Assembly: GCA_044868105.1 (NCBI GenBank)
Contig: JBIOWC010000196.1
Coordinates: 198-64,197, forward strand
Direction: 5' to 3'
DNA length: 64,000 nucleotides
Origin: Blastocatellia bacterium
Lineage (GTDB): Bacteria; Acidobacteriota; Blastocatellia; UBA7656
Under the pieces are notes generated by a model that worked only from the letters and a program-made list of their open reading frames with translations, had not been told where the DNA came from and made no database searches. Shown in pieces: positions 27,420-36,097 of the stretch. A program made the position numbers and the translations under genes. Numbering within the stretch: the stretch's first letter is position 1; each line of letters starts with the position of its first letter.

Positions 27420-28697
27420 TTACAGGGTGGGATTTTCGCTTTGAGATTTCAGGCGATAGAGCAGTTCGCCAGCTTTTGGAACAAATAAAATCCCTTCGTC
27501 TTCGCGCCCTTGCCACTCTTCAAGAGTGATTTGATTCGGATTTAAATAATCAAGCCCGACACGCCGACAGCGGGCTTCGGAAATCTGTGTGGCAAGCGTC
27601 ACCTTAATGCGCGGCGTTTCCGTTCCAGTCGCCGCATCGTAGGTGCCCAGGCCGCGCAGATGGGTGCTATGCGCCAGCACGCCGCCGGGATAATCTTTGA
27701 ATCGTTGCCATTGTTTTTGAAAATAATCGCGCACATGATAGCCAATTTCATCAATCAGCACGCCGTGCGTATAACTGATTTCATTGATATGGGGCGCGTA
27801 AATAATGATTTCGCCACCATCGGCAATCACCGGTTCCAGTTTGTACATGCCCTTGGCCGCCGTCCAAATATCTTCGTACATTTGCGGCATCACCGAGAGC
27901 GCTCGCTTAAAGGGTTTCTCAACCCAGCGAATATGTAAGCGCGCCGAAAGTTCTGCGGCTCGCGCATAGGCTTCTTCGGGCAGACCGATGAAAAGACCGG
28001 CTAAGGCTTCGCCTTTGACCACCAGCGAAAAACAGAGTTTGGGTTTATGGATTAATGATGCGGCGCGATCAATAACCCGGCGCACCGGCGTATAGGGCGA
28101 GCCGATGACCGAATAACTGGTAATCATCGCGCCGAGCCAATGCGAAAAATTAATCACCTCTGCGCCGCCGATGCCGGGAAAGAAATATTTATTGCCGCCG
28201 GAAAAACCGACAACTTCATGCGGGAAGGTTGGCCCGCAAATTATCAGTTGGTCGTAATCTAAAATTAAGCGATTGAGTCGCACATCAACCGCTTCGCGCA
28301 TCAAGCCGTCGGTCAACTCGGCGATTTCGTGAGCTTTGATTTCGCCAAGACTCACAAACGTTTCCGGGCTGTCCCAACGGTGATTGAAAACGCCCACCTT
28401 CGCGTAACGCCCGGCGCGCGCTTCGGCCGTCACACCCAGCAATTGATTGATGGCCGGTTCTGAAAGAGGCTGGTGGGTGCCGAGGGCGATGAGGTAATCC
28501 AACTGCGCGACCCGCCGGTTGAGCAAGTCAAAAAAGAGGCGAAACATCAAAGGAATCGGCGCGGTGCGGGTTCTGTCGGGAATGATAATTAACACACGCC
28601 GATGGTCGAGCAGCAGGCTTTCGAGCGCCGTCGCCATTAACGCTTTTGTCTCGGCTTCCGAAAGGAAGCCATCTTCGCTGCCTTTGCCAATCACCAA
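27420..28697 (-). CDS. LarA-like (lactate racemase N-terminal domain, DUF2088) family protein
   Basis: IIPDRTRTAPIP, LIALGTHQPL and GFSGGNKYFFPGIGG motifs match the LarA nickel-pincer enzyme family. 425 aa. Confidence 0.65.
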   Translation of the reverse strand: MVIGKGSEDGFLSEAETKALMATALESLLLDHRRVLIIIPDRTRTAPIPLMFRLFFDLLNRRVAQLDYLIALGTHQPLSEPAINQLLGVTAEARAGRYAKVGVFNHRWDSPETFVSLGEIKAHEIAELTDGLMREAVDVRLNRLILDYDQLIICGPTFPHEVVGFSGGNKYFFPGIGGAEVINFSHWLGAMITSYSVIGSPYTPVRRVIDRAASLIHKPKLCFSLVVKGEALAGLFIGLPEEAYARAAELSARLHIRWVEKPFKRALSVMPQMYEDIWTAAKGMYKLEPVIADGGEIIIYAPHINEISYTHGVLIDEIGYHVRDYFQKQWQRFKDYPGGVLAHSTHLRGLGTYDAATGTETPRIKVTLATQISEARCRRVGLDYLNPNQITLEEWQGREDEGILFVPKAGELLYRLKSQSENPTL

Positions 28698-28776
28698 GGG
28701 ATCTCTTCTCCTTCAATCGTCACCGTCAAGTACGACTCAGTACGGGAAAGTTTAATCAGCAACCATCAACGCCTGG

Positions 28777-29709
28777 CTATCTGTCTTCTGCTGCAACGAC
28801 CGGATTGCGCAGCGTGCCCAGTTTTTCGATGGTCACTTCAAACACATCACCGGCTTTTAAGAGCACCGGCGGTTTGCGAAAAATGCCTACGCCTTCGGGC
28901 GTGCCTGTCGCAATCACATCACCCGGTTCAAGCGTGATGCCTTGCGAAATGTAGGATACCAGATAGGCAATTTTAAAAATCATCTTCGCGGTATTTGATG
29001 ATTGCATCACCTCGCCGTTCAAACGCCCTTCGATGTTGAGCGCTTGCACATCTTCGATTTCATCGCGCGTCGTAATCAGGGGACCGAGCGGCGCAAAGCT
29101 ATCAAGCCCCTTGCCGCGCACCCATTGCCCGTCACCGAATTGTAAATCGCGAGCACTCACATCGTTAATCAATGAATAACCGAAAACAAAATTCAGCGCC
29201 TCCGCTTCGCTTACCCGTTTGGCGCGACGACCGATGATGACCGCGAGTTCCGCTTCGTAGTCCACCTGAGCGCTGATGGTCGGCAGCACAATGGGCGCGT
29301 TGTGCGCGCTCAAGGCATTCGGCAGTTTATTAAAAATAAGCGGCGCGGCGGGCGGTTCCGACCCGCCTTCAATCGCGTGATCGGCATAGTTGCGCCCGAT
29401 GGCGAGCATCTTACCCGGAATGACCGGCGGCAAAAACTCGACGTCGTCAACGGCAAAAGCCAGCCCTTCATCTAGCAAATTTTCGTCGGCCTGCGCTTCA
29501 TTGACCAGGGCGCTGATTTCCATAAGCGCCTCGTCGCCGCCGCCGATAATTTCCATCATATCGTTGCTTTCAAGCAACCAGCTTGAAGCCTGTCCGCTTG
29601 TCGGGCTCAAAGCCCGCACCAGCGCCGCAAGGTCCAGCAATTTTTCTTCTCTGAGAATGCCAATGCGTCGCCTGTTTGATTCAGCGATTTTAAATTGTGC
29701 GAGTTTCAT
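28777..29709 (-). CDS. Fumarylacetoacetate hydrolase (FAH) family protein (2-keto-4-pentenoate hydratase / oxaloacetate decarboxylase-like)
   Basis: FAH C-terminal domain motifs: NYADH, VDYEAELAVIIG, FGYSLINDVSARDLQ, GKGLDSFAPLGP. SD AGAGGA precedes the ATG. Confidence 0.85.
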   Translation of the reverse strand: MKLAQFKIAESNRRRIGILREEKLLDLAALVRALSPTSGQASSWLLESNDMMEIIGGGDEALMEISALVNEAQADENLLDEGLAFAVDDVEFLPPVIPGKMLAIGRNYADHAIEGGSEPPAAPLIFNKLPNALSAHNAPIVLPTISAQVDYEAELAVIIGRRAKRVSEAEALNFVFGYSLINDVSARDLQFGDGQWVRGKGLDSFAPLGPLITTRDEIEDVQALNIEGRLNGEVMQSSNTAKMIFKIAYLVSYISQGITLEPGDVIATGTPEGVGIFRKPPVLLKAGDVFEVTIEKLGTLRNPVVAAEDR

Positions 29710-29728
29710 TTCAGTGTTCCTCTCAAAT

Positions 29729-29918
29729 CAGGAATTAGGAGTTAGGATGTAGGAATTAGGATATAGGAGTTGGGGAGGTAGAGGATTTAATGTTTCACCC
29801 GCCTGTTGACTTGAAACAGGCTCCAGTAGCCAGTTACGAGACCGTAGCAGTTCTACTTCATCCCTTCCGTATGCTGTATCCTAATTCCCATTTCCTAATT
29901 CCTATATCCTACATCCTA
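29729..29918. repeat. Palindromic intergenic element, copy B (same family as 13308-13447)
   Basis: Left arm AATTAGG-AGTTAGG-ATGTAGG-AATTAGG-ATATAGG-AGTTGGG... Right arm CCTAATT-CCCATTT-CCTAATT-CCTATAT-CCTACAT-CCTAG. The core AACAGGCTCCAGTAGCCAGTTAC...TAG...TTCTACTTCATCC is about 75% identical to copy A. Confidence 0.7.
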
Positions 29919-30857
29919 GCTAGCGGTTTCAAGTCGGCGACGTTGAAATTCGTCAAAGGTCACGGCCAGCACGATGACGGCGCCGATGATGACCTGTTGC
30001 GTAAACGACGAAATGCCGAGCAGATTCGCGCCGTTTGCCAGTACGCCCATAATCAACGAGCCGATAATTGTACCAATAACGGTTCCTTGCCCGCCGGCAA
30101 GTGAGCCGCCCCCGATGACGACGGCGGCGATAACGCGCAGTTCATAACCCTCGCCCGCGGTTGGTTGCCCGGTTACGAGCCGCGCCGATTCAATAGCTCC
30201 TGCCAAACCGGCAAGCGCCCCGAGAATGACGTAGAACATAATTTGATAACGCGAAACGCGAACCCCTGCGTAACGCGCCGCTTCGACATTACTGCCGATG
30301 GCATAACAATAACGACCCGCCTGGGTGCGGGTAAGCAAAAAATGGATGACCAGCGCGACCACCAGAACAATCAGTAGCGGCACAGGAAACACGCCAAACA
30401 GGTTGCCTTCGGCGAGATAACCGAAACTGTTTGGCAAACCGACAACCGCCGTGCCATCGGTGATGAGTAAAGCGACGCCGCGATAAATTCCCATCGCCCC
30501 CAGCGTGACAATAAACGGCGGGATTTTGAGCATCGCCACCGCCGTTCCGTTAATGATTCCAAACATCGCGCCCGCCGCTATACAGACCAGGATTCCCAAA
30601 AGCACCGGAGCGCCAGCGACCATCGAGAGCGCGCCAAGCACAGCGGTCAACGCCATCATCGAACCGACCGACAGGTCTATGCCGCCTGCGACCATCACCA
30701 TCGTCATGCCGATTGCCATGGTGGTAATCACTGCCGTCTGCCGCGCGACCCCGGCAAGGTTACCGGCGGAAAGAAATTTTGGCTCAAGCACGGCAATCAG
30801 AGTGCAGAGCGCCAGCAAGCTGACAAAAGGTAGAAAGCGTTTAATCCAATCCGACAT
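29916..30857 (-). CDS. Sugar ABC transporter permease (RbsC/branched monosaccharide type)
   Basis: 313 aa with about 10 TM helices. The conserved loop IPPFIVTLGAMGIYRGVALLITDG is typical of the ribose/xylose permease family. Confidence 0.85.
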   Translation of the reverse strand: MSDWIKRFLPFVSLLALCTLIAVLEPKFLSAGNLAGVARQTAVITTMAIGMTMVMVAGGIDLSVGSMMALTAVLGALSMVAGAPVLLGILVCIAAGAMFGIINGTAVAMLKIPPFIVTLGAMGIYRGVALLITDGTAVVGLPNSFGYLAEGNLFGVFPVPLLIVLVVALVIHFLLTRTQAGRYCYAIGSNVEAARYAGVRVSRYQIMFYVILGALAGLAGAIESARLVTGQPTAGEGYELRVIAAVVIGGGSLAGGQGTVIGTIIGSLIMGVLANGANLLGISSFTQQVIIGAVIVLAVTFDEFQRRRLETAS

Positions 30858-31022
30858 GGTTTCCTCTTGAGGGTTATTCAGCCTCGTTAGGCGAACGCCC
30901 GCTCATCCGTTTCATCCATTTCATCCGAGAACAAATTTTCAATCTTCGCTTGTACGTCGTTAGCTTTTAGGGCGAACACTGAAGGGCGGTGATTTCCCTG
31001 GCGCTTATTCATTTTTAGCAAC

Positions 31023-32561
31023 TTAAACTTCAGATGAAAACTCAGGCTCTGCATGCTTGACCTCTTCAACCGCCGCATAGCGCAACACCTCTTCCTGAGT
31101 AGTCTTGCGCGCTTCAAGTTCTGCAACTAAACGTCCGCGTCGCATGACGAGAATGCGGTTTGCCATGCCAAGCAACTCCGGCAAGTCCGATGAAACCATC
31201 ACCACTGCGGCGCCCGCTTCGGTCAATTGATTGATGGCGCGATAAATTTCGGCGCGCGCCGCCACATCAACGCCGCGTGTCGGTTCATCAAGCAGAAAGA
31301 CTTGCGAACCGGCAAATAGCCAACGCCCCAATAAAACTTTCTGTTGATTGCCGCCGCTCAGTCGCGCCACAGTCTTCGCCGGGTCAGGCGGGCGAATATG
31401 CAGTTTATCAATATACTGGCGAGCCGTTTCCTGCTCGCGTTTGTGACTGAGCCGCCAACCCTTAATCAGCGCGCGAACATTGGCAAGGGTGAGATTGTGC
31501 GCCAGCGACAGGTTAAGACACAGACCTGTATGCTTGCGGTCTTCCGTCAGTAAACCTAACCCCTGGGAGACGGAGCGCGCCGGTTGCCCCATAGAAAGCG
31601 GCGACCCATTTAAACGGATTTCGCCGCCGTCGGCCAGTCGCGCGCCGAAAATTGTTTCGACCAATTCCGTGCGTCCGGCTCCGGCGAGTCCCGCAATACC
31701 CACCACTTCACCAGCGCGCACGTTAAAGGTCACCTCGGCAAATTTTCCGGCCAGCGTCAGCCGCTCAACGCTCAATCGCAGTTCACCGACTTGAGTTTGG
31801 CGGGGCGGAAATATCTCTTTGAGTTCACGACCGGCCATGTAACGGATCACTTCATCTATTGAAAGTTCGCCCCAGGCGCCTGAATAGACCGCTTGCCCGT
31901 CGCGCAAGATGGTCACCCGGTCGGCAATCGCATCGAGTTCTTCAAGGCGATGCGAGATATAGATGATGGCGAGCCCGCGCGATTTGAGGTCACCAATCAA
32001 GCGAAACAGTTCTTCTACTTCGCGGGTGGTTAGCGAAGAGGTTGGTTCATCCATCACCAGGATGCGCCGGGCTTCCAAAGTGGCGCGCATAATTTCGACC
32101 ACTTGACGGTGCGCGGCACTCAACCGTCCGACGATGGCTTGCGGGTCAAGATTGAAGCCGTATTCCGAGAGCAAGCGGGCCGCCTGGTCATTCAATTTGC
32201 GCCGATTGATAACAGCGAGCGGCGTGAAACTGAGGGGTTCACGCCCAAGAAAAATATTTTCCGCGACCGTGAGATGCGGCGCGAGCGCGAGTTCCTGATA
32301 AATCATGGCGATACCTTCAGCGAGCGCCGCTGCCGGGTGAGCCAGTCGCGTGGGACGGCCTTCAATTAAAATCTCACCGCCATCGGGCTGATAAACGCCC
32401 GCGAGAATTTTCATCAAGGTGGATTTGCCCGCGCCGTTTTCACCGACGAGCGCATGAACTTCGCCCGCCCCGGCCGACAGATTGACCTCAGTGAGAACGG
32501 TATTTCCGGCAAATGATTTGGTAATGCGGCGCATTTCCAGCGCCGGTGTAATTGAAGTCAT
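31023..32561 (-). CDS. Sugar ABC transporter ATP-binding protein with duplicated ATPase domains (RbsA/MglA/XylG type)
   Basis: Two Walker A sites (GENGAGKST; GLAGAGRTE), the LSGGNQQK signature and Walker B LLDEPT. 512 aa. Confidence 0.9.
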   Translation of the reverse strand: MTSITPALEMRRITKSFAGNTVLTEVNLSAGAGEVHALVGENGAGKSTLMKILAGVYQPDGGEILIEGRPTRLAHPAAALAEGIAMIYQELALAPHLTVAENIFLGREPLSFTPLAVINRRKLNDQAARLLSEYGFNLDPQAIVGRLSAAHRQVVEIMRATLEARRILVMDEPTSSLTTREVEELFRLIGDLKSRGLAIIYISHRLEELDAIADRVTILRDGQAVYSGAWGELSIDEVIRYMAGRELKEIFPPRQTQVGELRLSVERLTLAGKFAEVTFNVRAGEVVGIAGLAGAGRTELVETIFGARLADGGEIRLNGSPLSMGQPARSVSQGLGLLTEDRKHTGLCLNLSLAHNLTLANVRALIKGWRLSHKREQETARQYIDKLHIRPPDPAKTVARLSGGNQQKVLLGRWLFAGSQVFLLDEPTRGVDVAARAEIYRAINQLTEAGAAVVMVSSDLPELLGMANRILVMRRGRLVAELEARKTTQEEVLRYAAVEEVKHAEPEFSSEV

Positions 32562-32597
32562 GGATGATCTTTAAAAATCAAAAAATATTTTCTAAAA

Positions 32598-32782
32598 GCC
32601 CCGAAGGGGCGAGATTCAATAGCTTAGGGCAACGCCCGGAGAAATGCAGGTCTCGGTTCTCAAGCCCTGAAAGGGCGACATTAGCTACCCCGATTTATTT
32701 CGCCCTTTCAGGGCTTTTCGTTTTCATGCCCGACATTTCCCGGCGCGATACGCCGGGCTATTGAATTGCGCCCTTTCAGGGC
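32598..32782. repeat. Cluster of REP-like 13-nt palindromic hairpins (GCCCTGAAAGGGC and variants) in both orientations
   Basis: GCCCCGAAGGGGC (32598-32610), GCCCTGAAAGGGC (32664-32676), GCCCTTTCAGGGC (32702-32714), GCCCTTTCAGGGC (32770-32782), plus CCCGGCG-CGATA-CGCCGGG (32739-32757). All lie in the 308-bp spacer between the SUKH-like gene and the ABC ATPase start. Confidence 0.65.
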
Positions 32783-32869
32783 TTCGCTCAACTTTATAAA
32801 ACCGAACAAGGCTACTTACTTTCGGTGATTGAACATTCGCAATGCAGCGACCGGATTCATCATATGCGA

Positions 32870-33532
32870 TTAAATATTCTGTTCGACCCACAAAAAAAAG
32901 GGATCGTTAGAATTAGCATCATCCATTTTTGAAGGATACTTCACGATTTCATCAGCCAATTGGGGAATAGTAACGGAAAACGTATTTCTTACCCAATCCT
33001 GATAGGCGATGTTTGGATATACGAAGGTTTCATCAGCCGAATCCACATTGGGTGGTTTGTTGAAATTTTCGCTCCAACAAATCTCATCGTAACCGATGGC
33101 TAAGAGTCGCAGAAAATCAATAGGATCATCTGCCAATACACACACTAAGTCAGAGCCAGATCCCGACCCAAGATGCACTATTCTCTGTTTGTCATCGTTG
33201 TCTAACCAAAAAGCTGCCCTTGATCCATCGGCGCCAGTTTTTGCAAAAACACACAAGCGATTTAGTACTTCCGGTTTTTCATGACCAAACCAGTGCTTTA
33301 AGTTGCTATTGCCTTCTGCAAGGAACTCGATATTAGTTCCTACTGGCCTTTCGTATTCAGCCCATTCTGTTTTGAGCTTATTCTCCAAGAAGAGGTACCC
33401 GATTCGTCGGCCATCATTTGTAATGATAAACAGACCGTTACTTTCGATCCACGAAAACAGTAGTTCAAGAGGTTTCGGAATATACATATTTGGAAGCAGG
33501 GTACTAGCGAGTTCATCATATAGTGTTGCCAT
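32870..33532 (-). CDS. SMI1/KNR4 (SUKH-1)-like protein, a putative orphan immunity protein; a low-GC insertion inside the ABC transporter operon
   Basis: 220 aa. The N-terminal LPNMYIPKPLELLFSWIESNGLF resembles the SUKH 'LP..Y..fl...NGG' signature. GC is about 41-42%, against about 58-60% for the flanking transporter genes. Confidence 0.45.
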   Translation of the reverse strand: MATLYDELASTLLPNMYIPKPLELLFSWIESNGLFIITNDGRRIGYLFLENKLKTEWAEYERPVGTNIEFLAEGNSNLKHWFGHEKPEVLNRLCVFAKTGADGSRAAFWLDNDDKQRIVHLGSGSGSDLVCVLADDPIDFLRLLAIGYDEICWSENFNKPPNVDSADETFVYPNIAYQDWVRNTFSVTIPQLADEIVKYPSKMDDANSNDPFFLWVEQNI

Positions 33533-33575
33533 CGGTTAAATCCCGCTTGCTGTACATTAGATTTGACGAAGTTTT

Positions 33576-34529
33576 TTACGGCGCTTTAAGCAGCTTCTGC
33601 ATGTCGTCCGTATTGATATTTTCTTTGGTCAGTAGCTTCACGCCGGTATCGAGCACGCGCGGCGGCGTCTGTCCGTTGAGTTTAGCAACCAGACTTTTCA
33701 CGCCTTCGTAGCCCATCTTAAAAGGGTCTTGCAAAACCAGCGAATCAATCGCGCCGCCGTTTAAATCGTCAATTAAATTGGGACTGGAATCGAAACCGAC
33801 CAGCACAACTTTACCCGCGAGTCCTTTTTGTTTGATGGCCTGCACAGCGCCCACCGTCGAAGATTCATTGGACGCAAAGAAGCCATTTAAATCAGCGTTC
33901 GCCGTCAAAATATCGGTCGCGCGGTCTAAGGATTTCGCGCGGTCGGCATCGCCATATTGAAAAGCGACAATTTGAATGCCGGGATATTTCTGTTTGATGG
34001 TTTCCTGAAAACCTTGCTCGCGCTGGTCTGTGGAAACCGACCCGGCCTTGACGCCGAGTATCGCGACTTTCCCTTTGCCGCCCAGTTTTTCAGCCAGGCG
34101 TTCAGCCGCGACCACGCCGCCTTGATGATTATCCGTCGCCACATAGTTCAGATAATTTTCGGTGCTGATGCCGGAATCGAATATGGTTACGGGGATGCCT
34201 TCTTTGCTGGCGCGTTCAACGACCGGAACCAGCGCTTCGCCGTGTGACGGAGCGAGCACGATGCCATCAACCCGCCTATTTATAGCGTCTTCGACAATAT
34301 TGATTTGCCCAGTGTAATCGGTCTCTTGAGCCGGGCCTTTCCACATCACTTCGACATTTAATTCTTTGCCAGCCGCTTCCGCGCCGGCGTGAACCGTTTG
34401 CCAGAAGAAATGCGACACCCCTTTGGGGATGACGGCAATGACTCTTTTGCCGCCGCCTTCGCGACGACAGGCCGGGGCAAACAGGCAAACGAGAATGAGC
34501 ATTAACAGCATAAGTTTTAATCTATTCAT
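33576..34529 (-). CDS. Sugar ABC transporter periplasmic substrate-binding protein (RbsB / LacI-type PBP family)
   Basis: Signal peptide plus a type-I periplasmic binding fold ([46 protein letters not shown]). 317 aa. Confidence 0.85.
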   Translation of the reverse strand: MNRLKLMLLMLILVCLFAPACRREGGGKRVIAVIPKGVSHFFWQTVHAGAEAAGKELNVEVMWKGPAQETDYTGQINIVEDAINRRVDGIVLAPSHGEALVPVVERASKEGIPVTIFDSGISTENYLNYVATDNHQGGVVAAERLAEKLGGKGKVAILGVKAGSVSTDQREQGFQETIKQKYPGIQIVAFQYGDADRAKSLDRATDILTANADLNGFFASNESSTVGAVQAIKQKGLAGKVVLVGFDSSPNLIDDLNGGAIDSLVLQDPFKMGYEGVKSLVAKLNGQTPPRVLDTGVKLLTKENINTDDMQKLLKAP

Positions 34530-34774
34530 AATTCCTCTTTAGAGCGCGTCTTAGGAGATGGTGACGATGCCTTGTCCATTCTCCATTGTCGGACAGAAGA
34601 AAATACCTGCGAAAAACCCTGAAAAAACCTTAAGCAATTTACCATTAAATCACGGTCTTTGACTTACCATTAAATCGCCGTCTTTGACCGCTTCCTCAAC
34701 CTCGGCAATGGGTTTCTCTGCTTCTCTGGTTTTTCAAAAATCGCGCGAACAGTAGTGCAAACGGCCAATGAATA

Positions 34775-36097
34775 TCAAGCGACCCAGAGCAGTGGTTGGC
34801 GAATGAAGAAATTGCGAATCACCTCTTCGACGGTTGAATCGGCAGGCAGAGTTTTCCAGAGTTTAAGATAGTCGCCACATTCAAACGCCAAACCGGCAAA
34901 CAACAAACTGCTTTGTCGCATCGGCCACTCCCTGTCATACATTACATCGGGCGCGAGCCGCCAACTTTTCTTATCCCTGATATAGGGAACCATAAACTGC
35001 ATCGCCCGGCGCATCCCGCGACCATCTGCGAGCTCAAATTGCCACAAATTATCTGCGGTGGTCGAAAGGATCTGGCACAGGCCAGCCATCGCCTCAAGGT
35101 TGAACAGCGAGTAGCCATAAGGTTTCGTGCGTCGCATCTCCTGCGGGAAACTGCCGTCGGCGGCCATCTGATTGGGTAACAACACGGTCTTGAACCGCCG
35201 ACGGCAATCATCCAGCAGTTCCCGGTTGCCAATCAGATGGGCGAACCCGGCGACCTGCAGGACCCAACAAGTCGCATGATTGTTCTTCGCGTCGCGCTCT
35301 TCAAGACCGTAAGGATGGGTGGTCATCCAATTCAGGTAATCGGCAAACCATTGTTTAATCAATTTCACTTCCGCAGCCGATAAGACGCGCGCCGGTTCTA
35401 ATACTTCAATGGCTCGCGCCACTTCAACCAGGTGAAGGGTATCAATAATGCCGGTGCCGCGCCCCGTCACCCGGCCCTGTATGGCCTGCGCATATTTGAG
35501 GTGGGGATTCATGCGTGTGTGCGGGTCAACAAACCAGGCCCGCAGATGTTGCGCTGCGTTCTTGGCGTAGCGCAGGTCGCGGGTAATCTTCCACGCGGCA
35601 ACCAGTGCCGGAACCTGCACGCTCAGACGCATCAAATAACGACGATGGTCTGTAAAATTGTCCGGGTTCGACCGGCCGTCGCGTTGAATGTAAGGACCCT
35701 GCGGGTTATTGGGGTCGGGCCACCAATAATCGCCTTCGGAAAAAAAATCTTGCGCGCCGCCAGCGCTACGCGGACTCCTGGATGCCGTAACCGTAATCGG
35801 TTTTTCCGACAGGTATTGATTGGCGGCTCGCAATACCCGCGCCCGCTCAAACGCCACCAGGTCGAAATGGTTTTCTTGAGCCAACGCCGAAGCGGGTAAC
35901 AGCAACATCGTACTCACCAAAAGGCCCAGTAGAAAAGCAGTAGTGAAGGAGTGAAGAGGTGACTGCGATTTAAGAGACCTGTGGTCAATGGCGGTCTGGC
36001 CTATTAAAAACAGCTGACCACAAGCCGTTTGAGAATGGACAAAATACTTGCTCACCCCTTCTCCCTTTCTTGATTTCTGGGCGGCGCCCCTGCTCAA
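34775..36097 (-). CDS. Alginate-lyase-family (PF05426-like) polysaccharide lyase domain protein; paralog of 57036-58289
   Basis: KNNHATCW (the NNHxxW motif of AlgL-type lyases) and WFVDPHTRMNPHLKYAQAIQG. There is a 4-bp overlap with the upstream dehydratase gene. Confidence 0.5.
   Translation of the reverse strand: MSRGAAQKSRKGEGVSKYFVHSQTACGQLFLIGQTAIDHRSLKSQSPLHSFTTAFLLGLLVSTMLLLPASALAQENHFDLVAFERARVLRAANQYLSEKPITVTASRSPRSAGGAQDFFSEGDYWWPDPNNPQGPYIQRDGRSNPDNFTDHRRYLMRLSVQVPALVAAWKITRDLRYAKNAAQHLRAWFVDPHTRMNPHLKYAQAIQGRVTGRGTGIIDTLHLVEVARAIEVLEPARVLSAAEVKLIKQWFADYLNWMTTHPYGLEERDAKNNHATCWVLQVAGFAHLIGNRELLDDCRRRFKTVLLPNQMAADGSFPQEMRRTKPYGYSLFNLEAMAGLCQILSTTADNLWQFELADGRGMRRAMQFMVPYIRDKKSWRLAPDVMYDREWPMRQSSLLFAGLAFECGDYLKLWKTLPADSTVEEVIRNFFIRQPLLWVA

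Noticed and set aside
27177-27488. 103-aa plus-strand ORF in the spacer between the secreted-protein and LarA-like genes
   Set aside because: It overlaps the LarA-like gene's 3' end antisense, has no SD or motif, and the region more plausibly holds the promoter for the 25853-26938 gene.
30887-31126. 79-aa ORF in the gap between the ABC permease and ATPase genes
   Set aside because: It overlaps the 3' end of the ATPase gene and is Arg/Lys-rich with low complexity. The gap is more likely a short intercistronic spacer.
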